Assembly: GCA_964016885.1 (NCBI GenBank) | Contig: OZ024742.1 | Coordinates: 342,550,001-342,614,000, forward strand | Origin: Eledone cirrhosa | Lineage: Eukaryota | Direction of reading: 5' to 3' | Length of the DNA stretch: 64,000 nucleotides | Shown: positions 28,201 to 40,300 of the stretch, in pieces | Numbering within the stretch: position 1 is the first letter of the stretch | How the letters are laid out: every line of letters begins with the position of its first letter | Notes under the pieces: generated by a model | What the model saw: only the letters and a program-made list of their open reading frames with translations | The model's database searches: none | What the model was told of the DNA's origin: nothing | Program-made: the position numbers and the translations under genes

Positions 28201-31200
28201 TGGTATGAAGTATGTGATATCCTGTGGTATGAAGTATGTGATCTCCAGTGGTATGAAATATGTGATCTACAGTGGTATGAAGTATGTTAGCTCCAGTGGT
28301 ATGAAGTATGTGATCTACAGTGGTATGAAGTATGTCAGCTCCAGTGGTATGAAGTATGTGATCTCCAGTGGTATGAAGTATGTGATCTACAGTGGTATGA
28401 AGTATGTGATCTACAGTGGTATGAAGTGTGTGATCTACAGTGGTATGAAGTATGTGATCTACAGTGGTATGAAGTATGTGATCTACAGTGGTATGAAGTA
28501 TGTGATCTCCAGTGGTATGAAGTATGTCAGCTCCAGTGGTATGAAGTATGTGATCTACAGTGGTATGAAGTATGTGATCTACAGTGGTATGAAGTATGTG
28601 ATCTCCAGTGGTATGAAGTATGTGATCTCCAGTGGTATGAAGTATGTGATCTCCATTGGTATGAAGTATGTGATCTACAGTGGTATGAAGTATGTCAGCT
28701 CCAGTGGTATGAAGTATGAGATCTACAGTGGTATGAAGTATGTGATCTACAGTGGTATGAAGTATGTGATCTGCAGTGGTATGAAGTATGTCAGCTCCAG
28801 TGGTATGAAGTATATGATCTACAGTGGTATGAAGTATGTGATCTACAGTGGTATGAAGTATGTGATCTACAGTGGTATGAAGTATGTCAGCTCCAGTGGT
28901 ATGAAGTATGTGATCTACAGTGGTATGAAGTATGTAATCTACAGTGGTATGAAGTATGTGATCTCCAGTGGTATGAAGTATGTGATAACCTGTGGTATGA
29001 AGTATGTGATATCCTGTGGTATGAAGTATGTGATCTACAGTGGTATGAAGTATGTGATCTCCAGTGGTATGAAGTATGTGATAACCTGTGGTATGAAGTA
29101 TGTGATATCCTGTGGTATGAAGTATGTGATCTATAGTGGTATGAAGTATGTGATCTCCAGAGGTATGAACTATGTGATATCCAATGGTATGAAGTATGTG
29201 ATCTACACTGGTATGAAGTATGTGATCTACAGTGGTATGAAGTATGTGATCTACAGTGGTATGAAGTATGTGATATCCTGTGGTATGAAGTATGTAATCT
29301 CCAGTGGTATGAAGTATGTGATCTCCAGTGGTATGAAGTATGTGATCTCCAGTGGTATGAAGTATGTGATCTACAGTGGTATGAAGTATGTAATCTCCAG
29401 TGGTATGAAGTATGTGATCTACAGTGGTATGAAGTATGTGATCTACAGTGGTATGAAGTATGTGATCTACAGTGGTATGAAGTATGTGATCTCCAGTGGT
29501 ATGAAGTATGTAATCTACAGTGGTATGAAGTATGTGATCTCCAGTGGTATGAAGTATGTGATCTCCTGTGGTATGAAATATGTCAGCACCAGTGGTATGA
29601 AGTATGTGATCTCCAGTGGTATGAAGTATGTGATCTCCAGTGGTATGAAATATGTGATCTACAGTGGTATGAATTATGTGATCTCCAGTGGTATGAAGTA
29701 TGTGATCTCCAGTGGTATGAAGTATGTGATCTCCAGTGGTATGAAGTATGTCAGCTCCAGTGGTATGAAGTATGTGATCTCCAGTGGTATGAAATATGTG
29801 ATCTAGAGTGGTATGAAGTATGTTAGCTCCAGTGGTATGAAGTATGTGATCTACAGTGGTATGAAGTATGTCAGATCCAGTGGTATGAAGTATGTGATCT
29901 CCAGTGGTATGAAGTATGTGATCTCCTGTGGTATGATGTATGTGATCTACAGTGGTATGAAGTATGTGATCTACAGTGGTATGAAGTATGTGATCTACAG
30001 TGGTATGAAGTATGTGATCTACAGTGGTATGAAGTATGTGATCTACAGTGGTATGAAGTATGTGATCTACAGTGGTATGAAGTATGTGATCTCCAGTGGT
30101 ATGAAGTATGTCAGATCCAGTGGTATGAAGTATGTGATCTACAGTGGTATGAAGTATGTGATCTACAGTGGTATGAAGTATGTGACCTCCAGTGGTATGA
30201 AGTATGTGATCTCCAGTGGTATGAAGTATGTGATCTCCATTGGTATGAAGTATGTGATCTACAGTGGTATGAAGTATGTCAGCTCCAGTGGTATGAAGTA
30301 TGAGATCTAGAGTGGTATGAAGTATGTGATCTACAGTGGTATGAAGTATGTGATCTCCAGTGGTATGAAGTATGTGATCTCCAGTGGTATGAAGTATGTG
30401 ATCTCCTGTGGTATGAAATATGTCAGCTCCAGTGGTATGAAGAATGTGATCTCCAGTGGTATGAAGTATGTGACCTCCAGTGGTATGAAATATGTGATCT
30501 ACAGTGGTATGAAGTATGTGATCTCCAGTGGTATGAAGTATGTGATCTCCAGTGGTATGAAATATGTGATCTCCAGTGGTATGAAGTATGTGATCTCCAG
30601 TGGTATGAAGTATGTCATATCCTGTGGTATGAAGTATGTGATTTCCAGTGGTATGAAGTATGTCAGCTCCAGTGGTATGAAGTATGTGATCTCCAGTGGT
30701 ATGAAGTATGTGATCTCCAGTGGTATGAAATATGTGATCTACAGTGGTATGAAGTATGTTAGCTCCAGTGGTATGAGGTATGTGATCTACAGTGGTATGA
30801 AGTATGTGATCTCCTGTGGTATGAAGTATGTGATCTACAGTGGTATGAAGTATGTGATCTCCAGTGGTATGAAGTGTGTGATCTACAGTGGTATGAAGTA
30901 TGTGATCTACAGTGGTATGAAGTATGTGATCTCCAGTGGTATGAAGTATGTTAGCTCCAGTGGTATGAAGTGTGTGATCTGCAGTGGTATGAAGTATGTG
31001 ATCTACAGTGGTATGAAGTATGTGATCTACAGTGGTATGAAGTATGTGATTTACAGTGGTATGAAGTATGTGATCTCCTGTGGTATGAAGTATGTGATCT
31101 ACAGTGGTATGAAGTATGTTAGCTCCAGTGGTGTGAAGTATGTGATCTACAGTGGTATGAAGTATGTGATATCCTGTGGTATGAAGTATGTGATCTCCAG

Positions 31201-32489
31201 TGGTATGAAGTATGTCAGCTCCAGTGGTATGAAGTATGTGATCTCCTGTGGTATGAAGTATGTGATCTACAGTGGTATGAAGTATGTGATCTCCAGTGGT
31301 ATGAAGTATATGATATCCTGTGGTATGAAGTATGTGATATCCTGTGGTATGAAGTATGTGATCTCCAGTGGTATGAAGTATGTCAGCTCCAGTGGTATGA
31401 AGTATGTGATCTCCAGTTGTATGAAGTATGTGATCTACAGTGGTATGAAGTATATGATCTCCTGTGGTATGAAGTATGTGATCTACAGTGGTATGAAGTA
31501 TGTTAGCTCCTGTGGTATGAAGTATGTGATCTCCAGTGGTATGAAGTATGTGATCTCCAGTGGTATGAAGTATGTGATCTACAGTGGTATGAAGTATGTG
31601 ATCTCCTGTGGTATGAAGTATGTGATCTACAGTGGTATGAAGTATGTGATCACCAGTGGTATGAAGTATGTGATCTATAGTGGTATGAAGTATGTGATCT
31701 ACAGTGGTATGAAGTATGTGATCTACAGTGGTATGAAGTATGTGATATCCTGTGGTATGAAGTATGTGATATCCTGTGGTATGAAGTATGTGATCTCCAG
31801 TGATATGAAGTATGTGATCTCCAGTGGTATGAAGTATGTGATCTCCAGTGGTATGAAGTATGTGATCTCCAGTAGTATGAAGTATGTCAGCTCCAGTGGT
31901 ATGAAGTATGTGATCTCCAGTGGTATGAAGTATGTGATCTCCAGTGCTATGAAGTATGTGATCTCCAGTGGTATGAAGTATGTGATCTACAGTGGTATGA
32001 AGTATGTCAGCTCCGGTGCTATGAAGTATGTGATCTCCAGTTGTATGAAGTATGTGATCTACAGTGGTATGAAGTATGTGATCTCCTGTGGTATGAAGTA
32101 TGTGATCTACAGTGGTATGAAGTTTGTTAGCTCCTGTGGTATGAAGTATGTGATCTCCAGTGGTATGAAGTATGTGATCTCCAGTGGTATGAAGTATGTG
32201 ATCTACAGTGGTATGAAGTATGTGATCTACAGTGGTATGAAGTATGTGATCTACAGTGGTATAAAGTATGTGATATCCTGTGGTATGAAGTATGTGATAT
32301 ACTGTGGTATGAAGTATGTGATCTCCAGTGGTATGAAGTATGTGATCTCCAGTGGTATGAAGTATGTGATCTACAGTGGTATGAAGTATGTGATCTCCAG
32401 AGGTATGAAGTATGTGATAACCTGTGGTATGAAGTATGTGATATCCTGTGGTATGAAGTATGTGATCTACAGTGGTATGAAGTATGTGA

Positions 32490-33495
32490 TCTCCAGTGGT
32501 ATGAAGTATGTGATAACCTGTGGTATGAAGTATGTGATATCCTGTGTATGAAGTATGTGATCTATAGTGGTATGAAGTATGTGATCTCCAGTGGTATGAA
32601 CTATGTGATATCCAGTGGTGTGAAGTATGTGATCTACAGTGGTATGAAGTATGTGATCTACAGTGGTATGAAGTATGTGATCTACAGTGGTATGAAGTAT
32701 GTGATATCCTGTGGTATGAAGTATGTGATCTCCAGTGGTATGAAGTATGTGATCTACAGTGGTATGAAGTATGTAATCTCCAGTGGTATGAAGTATGTGA
32801 TCTCCAGTGGTATGAAGTATGTGATCTCCAGTGGTATGAAGTATGTGATCTACAGCGGTATGAAGTATGTAATCTCCAGTGCTATGAAGTATGTGATCTA
32901 CAGTGGTATGAAGTATGTGATCTACAGTGGTATGAAGTATGTGATCTACAGTGGTATGAAGTATGTGATCTCCAGTGGTATGAAGTATGTAATCTCCAGT
33001 GGTATGAAGTATGTGATAACCTGTGGTATGAAGTATGTGATATCCTGTGTATGAAGTATGTGATCTATAGTGGTATGAAGTATGTGATCTCCAGTGGTAT
33101 GAACTATGTGATATCCAGTGGTGTGAAGTATGTGATCTACAGTGGTATGAAGTATGTGATCTACAGTGGTATGAAGTATGTGATCTACAGTGGTATGAAG
33201 TATGTGATATCCTGTGGTATGAAGTATGTGATCTCCAGTGGTATGAAGTATGTGATCTACAGTGGTATGAAGTATGTAATCTCCAGTGGTATGAAGTATG
33301 TGATCTCCAGTGGTATGAAGTATGTGATCTCCAGTGGTATGAAGTATGTGATCTACAGCGGTATGAAGTATGTAATCTCCAGTGCTATGAAGTATGTGAT
33401 CTACAGTGGTATGAAGTATGTGATCTACAGTGGTATGAAGTATGTGATCTACAGTGGTATGAAGTATGTGATCTCCAGTGGTATGAAGTATGTAA
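32490..33495. repeat. Tandem duplication of 503 bp (21 monomers, one carrying a 1-bp deletion)
   Basis: The TCCTGTGTATG deletion monomer occurs at ~32546 and ~33049. It is followed by the same AAC, GGTGTG, TACAGCGGT and AGTGCT variants at +503. ORF starts 32548/33051. Confidence 0.9.
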
Positions 33496-34379
33496 TCTAC
33501 AGTGGTATGAAGTATGTGATCTCCAGTGGTATGAAGTATGTGATCTCCTGTGGTATGAAATATGTCAGCTCCAGTGGTATGAAGTATGTGATCTCCAGTG
33601 GTATGAAATATGTGATCTACAGTGGTATGAAGTATGTTAGCTCCAGTGGTATGAAGTATGTGATCTACAGTGGTATGAAGTATGTCAGCTCCAGTGGTAT
33701 GAAGTATGTGATCTCCAGTGGTATGAAGTATGTGATCTACAGTGGTATGAAGTATGTGATCTACAGTGGTATGAAGTATGTGATCTACAGTGGTATGAAG
33801 TATGTGATCTACAGTGGTATGAAGTATGTCATCTACAGTGGTATGAAGTATGTGATCTACAGTGGTATGAAGTATGGCAGCTCCAGTGGTATGAAGTATG
33901 TGATCTACAGTGGTATGAAGTATGTAATCTACAGTGGTATGAAGTATGTGATCTCCAGTGGTATGAAGTATGTGATCTCCTGTGGTATGAAATATGTGAT
34001 CTACAGTGGTATGAAGTATGTGATCTCCAGTGGTATGAAGTATGTGATCTCCAGTGGTATGAAATATGTGATCTCCAGTGGTATGAAGTATGTGATCTCC
34101 AGTGGTATGAAGTATGTGACCTCCAGTGGTATGAAATATGTCATCTACAGTCGTATGAAGTATGTGATCTCCAGTGGTATGAAGTATGTGATCTCCAGTG
34201 GTATGAAATATGTGATCTCCAGTGGTATGAAGTATGTGATCTCCAGTGGTATGAAGTATGTCATATCCTGTGGTATGAAGTATGTGATCTCCAGTGGTAT
34301 GAAGTATGTCAGCTCCAGTGGTATGAAGTATGTGATCTCCAGTGGTATGAAGTATGTGATCTCCAGTGGTAGGAAATAT

Positions 34380-37300
34380 GTGATCTACAGTGGTATAAAG
34401 TATGTTAGCTCCAGTGGTATGAGGTATGTGATCTACAGTGGTATGAAGTATGTGATCTCCTGTGGTATGAAGTATGTGATCTACAGTGGTATGGAGTATG
34501 TGATCTCCAGTGGTATGAAGTATGTGATCTACAGTGGTATGAAGTATGTGATCTACAGTGGTATGAAGTATGGGATCTCCAGTGGTATGAAGTATGTTAG
34601 CTCCAGTGGTATGAAGTGTGTGATCTCCAGTGGTATGAAGTATGTGATCTACAGTGGTATGAAGTATGTGATCTACAGTGGTATGAAGTATGTGATTTAC
34701 AGTGGTATGAAGTATGTGATCTCCTGTGGTATGAAGTATGTGATCTACACTGGTATGAAGTATGTGATCTCCAGTGGTATGAAGTATGTGATCTACAGTG
34801 GTATGAAGTATGTGATATCCTGTGGTATGAAGTATGTGATATCCAGTGGTATGAAGTATGTCAGCTCCAGTGGTATGAAGTATGTGATCTCCTGTGGTAT
34901 GAAGTATGTGATCTACAGTGGTATGAAGTATGTGATCTCCAGTGGTATGAAGTATGTGATATCCTGTAGTATGAAGTATGTGATATCCTGTGGTATGAAG
35001 TATGTGATCTCCAGTGGTATGAAGTATGTCAGCTCCAGTGGTATGAAGTATGTGATCTCCAGTTGTATGAAGTATGTGATCTACAGTGGTATGAAGTATA
35101 TGATCTCCTGTGGTATGAAGTATGTGATCTACAGTGGTATGAAGTATGTTAGCTCCTGTGGTATGAAGTATGTGATCTCCAGTGGTATGAAGTATGTGAT
35201 CTCCAGTGGTATGAAGTATGTGATCTACAGTGGTATGAAGTCTGTGATCTCCTGTGGTATGAAGTATGTGATCTACAGTGCTATGAAGTATGTGATATCC
35301 TGTGGTATGAAGTATGTGATATCCTGTGGTATGAAGTATGTGATCTCCAGTGGTATGAAGTATGTGATATCCTGTGGTATTAAGTATGTGATCTCCAGTG
35401 GTATGAAGTATGTGATCTCCAGTGGTATGAAGTATATGATCTCCAGTGGTATGAAGTATGTGATCTACAGTGGTATGAAGTATGTGATCTCCAGTAGTAT
35501 GAAGTATGTCAGCTCCAGTGGTATGAAGTATGTGATCTCCAGTGGTATGAAGTATGTGATCTCCAGTGGTATGAAGTGTGTGATCTCCAGTGGCATGAAG
35601 TATGTGATCTCCAGTGGTATGAAGTATGTCAACTCCAGTGGTATGAAGTATGTCAGCTCCAGTGGTATGAAGTATGTGATCTCCAGTGGTATGAAGTATG
35701 TGATCTCCAGTGGTATGAAGTATGTCAACTCCAGTGGTATGAAGTATGTGATCTCCAGTGGTATGAAGTATGTGATCTCCAGTGGTATGAAGTATGTGAT
35801 CTCCAGTGGTATGAAGTATGTCAGCTCCAGTGGTATGAAGTATGTGATATCCTGTGGTATGAAGTATGTGATCTACAGTGGTATGAAGTATGTGATCTCC
35901 AGTGGTATGAAGTATGTGATCTACAGTGGTATGAAGTATGTGATCTCCAGTGGTATGAAGTATGTGATCTACAGTGGTATGAAGTATGTGATCTACAGTG
36001 GTATGAAGTATGTGATCTCCAGTGGTATGAAGTATGTTAGCTCCAGTGGTATGAAGTGTGTGATCTACAGTGGTATGAAGTATGTGATCTACAGTGGTAC
36101 GAAGTATGTAATCTCCAGTGGTATGAAGTATGTGATCTACAGTGGTATGAAGTATGTGATCTACAGTGGTATGAAGTATGTGATCTATAGTGGTATGAAG
36201 TATGTGATCTCCTGTGGTATGAAGTATGTGATCTACAGTGGTATGAAGTATGTGATCTCCAGTGTTATGAAGTATGTGATCTCCAGTGGTATGAAGTATG
36301 TGATCTACAGTGGTATGAAGTATGTGATATCCTGTGGTATGAAGTATGTGATCTCCAGTGGTATGAAGTATGTCAGCTCCAGTGGTATGAAGTATGTGCT
36401 CTCCTGTGGTATGAAGAATGTGATCTACAGTGGTATGAAGTATGTGATCTCCAGTGGTATGAAGTATGTGATATCCTGTGGTATGAAGTATGTAATATCC
36501 TGTGGTATGAAGTATGTGATCTCCAGTGGTATGAAGTATGTGATCTCCAGTGGTATGAAGTATGTGATATCCTGTGGTATGAAGTATGTGATCTCCAGTG
36601 GTATGAAGTATGTGATCTCCAGTGGTATGAAGTATATGATCTCCAGTGGTATGAAGTATGTGATCTACAGTGGTATGAAGTATGTGATCTCCAGTGGTAT
36701 GAAGTATGTGACCTCCAGTGGTATGAAATATGTGATCTACAGTGGTATGAAGTATGTGATCTCCAGTGGTATGAAGTATGTGATCTCCAGTGGTATGAAA
36801 TATGTGATCTCCAGTGGTATGAAGTATGTGATCTCCAGTGGTATGAAGTATGTCATATCCTGTGGTATGAAGTATGTGATCTCCAGTGGTATGAAGTATG
36901 TGATCTCCAGTGGTATGAAGTATGTGATCTACAGTGGTATGAAGTATGTGATCTACAGTGGTATGAAGTATGTGATCTCCAGTGGTATGAAGTATGTTAG
37001 CTCCTGTGGTATGAAGTGTGTGATCTCCAGTGGTATGAAGTATGTGATCTACAGTGGTATGAAGTATGTGATCTACAGTGGTATGAAGTATGTGATCTAC
37101 AGTGGTATGAAGTATGTGATTTACAGTGGTATGAAGTATGTGATTTCTTGTGGTATGAAGTATGTGATCTACAGTGGTATGAAGTATGTGATCTCCAGTG
37201 GTATGAAGTATGTGATCTACAGTGGTATGAAGTATGTGATATCCTGTGGTATGAAGTATGTGATCTCCAGTGGTATGAAGTATGTCAGCTCCAGTGGTAT

Positions 37301-40300
37301 GAAGTATGTGATCTCCTGTGGTATGAAGTATGTGATCTACAGTGTTATAAAGTATGTGATCTCCAGTGGTATGAAGTATGTGATATCCTGTGGTATGAAG
37401 TATGTGATATCCTGTTGTATGAAGTATGTGATCTTCAGTGGTATGAAGTATGTCAGCTCCAGTGGTATGAAGTATGTGATCTCCAGTTGTATGAAGTATG
37501 TGATCTACAGTGGTATGAAGTATATGATCTCCTGTGGTATGAAGTATGTGATCTACAGTGGTATGAAGTATGTTAGCTCCTGTGGTATGAAGTATGTGAT
37601 CTCCAGTGGTATGAAGTATGTGATCTCCAGTGGTATGAAGTATGTGATCTACAGTGGTATGAAGTATGTGATCTCCTGTGGTATGAAGTATGTGATCTAC
37701 AGTGGTATGAAGTATGTGATCTCCAGTGGTATGAAGTATGTGATCTATAGTGGTATGAAGTATGTGATCTACAGTGGTATGAAGTATGTGATCTACAGTG
37801 GTATGAAGTATGTGATATCCTGTGGTATGAAGTGTGTGATATCCTGTGGTATGAAGTATGTGATCTCCAGTGGTATGAAGTATGTGATCTCCAGTGGTAT
37901 GAAGTATGTGATCTCCAGTGGTATGAAGTATGTGATATCCTGTGGTATTGAGTATGTGATCTCCAGTGGTATGAAGTATGTGATCTCCAGTGGTATGAAG
38001 TATGTGATCTCCAGTGGTATGAAGTATGTGATCTCCAGTGGTATGAAGTATGTCAACTCCAGTGGTATGAAGTATGTCAGCTCCAGTGGTATGATGTATG
38101 TGATCTACATTGGTATGAAGTATGTGATCTCCAGTGGTATGAAGTATGTCAACTCCAGTGGTACGAAGTATGTGATCTCCAGTGGTATGAAGTATGTGAT
38201 CTCCAGTGGTATGAAGTATGTGATCTCCAGTGGTATGAAGTATGTCAGCTCCAGTGGTATGAAGTATGTGATATCCTGTGGTATGAAGTATGTGATCTAC
38301 AGTGGTATGAAGTATGTGATCTACAGTGGTATGAAGTATGTGATCTACAGTGGTATGAAGTATGTGATCTCCAGTGGTATGAAGTATGTGATCACCAGTG
38401 GTATGAAGTATGTGATCTACAGTGGTATGAAGTATGTGATATCCTGTGGTATGAAGTATGTGATCTCCAGTGGTATGAAATATGTGATCTCCAGTGGTAT
38501 GAAGTATGTGATCTCCAGTGGTATGAAGTATGTGATCTCCAGTGGTATGAAGTATGTGATCTCCAGTGGTATGAAATATGTGATCTACAGTGGTATGAAG
38601 TATGTGATCTCCAGTGGTATGAAATATGTAATCTCCAGTGGTATGAAGTATGTGATCTCCAGTGGTATGAAGTATGTCATATCCTGTGGTATGAAGTATG
38701 TGATCTCCAGTGGTATGGAGTATGTCAGCTCCAGTGGTATGAAGTATGTGATCTCCAGTGGTATGAAGTATGTGATCTCCAGTGGTATGAAATATGTGAT
38801 CTACAGTGGTATGAAGTATGTTAGCTCCAGTGGTATGAAGTATGTGATCTACAGTGGTATGAAGTATGTGATCTCCAGTGGTATGAAGTATGTGATCTAC
38901 AGTGGTATGAAGTATGTGATCTCCTGTGGTATGAAGTAAGTGATCTACAGTGGTATGAAGTATGTGATCTCCAGTGGTATGAAGTATGTGATCTACAGTG
39001 GTATGAAGTATGTGATCTACAGTGGTATGAAGTATGTGATATCCTGTGGTATGAAGTATGTAATATCCTGTGGTATGAAGTATGTGATCTCCAGTGGTAT
39101 GAAGTATGTGATCTCCAGTGGTATGAAGTATGTGATATCCTGTGGTATGAAGTATGTGATCTCCAGTGGTATGAAGGATGTGATCTCCAGTGGTATGAAG
39201 TATATGATCTCCAGTGGTATGAAGTATGTGATCTACAGTGGTATGAAGTATGTGATCTCCAGTAGTATGAAGTATGTCAGCTCCAGTGGTATGAAGTATG
39301 TGATCTCCAGAGGTATGAATTATGTGATCTCCAGTGGTATGAAGTATGTGATCTCCAGTGGTATGAAGTATGTGATCTCCAGTGGTATGAAGTATGTCAA
39401 CTCCAGTGGTATGAAGTATGTCAGCTCCAGTGGTATGAAGTATGTGATCTACAGTGGTATGAAGTATGTGATCTAAAGTGGTATGAAGTATGTCAACTCC
39501 AGTGGTATGAAGTATGTGATCTCCAGTGGTATGAAGTATGTGATCTCCAGTGGTATGAAGTATGTGATCTCCAGTGGTATGAAGTATGTCAGCTCCAGTG
39601 GTATGAAGTATGTGATATCCTGTGGTATGAAGTATGTGATCTACAGTGGTATGAAGTATGTGATCTATAGTGGTATGAAGTATGTGATCTCCTGTGGTAT
39701 GAAGTATGTGATCTACAGTGGTATGAAGTATGTGATCTCCAGTGGTATGAAGTATGTGATCTCCAGTGGTATGAAGTATGTGATCTACAGTGGTATGAAG
39801 TATGTGATATCCTGTGGTATGAAGTATGTGATCTCCAGTGGTATGAAGTATGTCAGCTCCAGTGGTATGAAGTATGTGATATCCTGTGATATGAAGTATG
39901 TAATATCCTGTGGTATGAAGTATGTGATCTCCAGTGGTATGAAGTATGTGATCTCCAGTGGTATGAAGTATGTGATATCCTGTGGTATGAAGTATGTGAT
40001 CTCCAGTGGTATGAAGTATGTGATCTCCAGTGGTATGAAGTATGTGATCTCCAGTGGTATGAAGTATGTGATCTACAGTGGTATGAAGTATGTTAGCTCC
40101 AGTGGTATGAGGTATGTGATCTACTGTGGTATGAAGTATGTGATCTCCTGTGGTATGAAGTATGTGATCTACAGTGGTATGAAGTATGTGATCTCCAGTG
40201 GTATGAAGTATGTGATCTACAGTGGTATGAAGTATGTGATCTACAGTGGTATGAAGTATGTGATCTCCAGTGGTATGAAGTATGTTAGCTCCTGTGGTAT

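Larger units (their letters stand above)
16045..33600. repeat. Long-range duplication: block starting ~16.05 kb repeated starting ~28.24 kb (offset 12,192 bp = 508 monomers)
   Basis: ORF starts 16234/28426, 17621/29813 and 18125/30317 all differ by 12,192. Shared rare variants include TACACT, GTCAGATCC, GAGATCTAG and TCCGGTGCT (~19845 and ~32012). The offset drifts by whole monomers further along. Confidence 0.8.
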
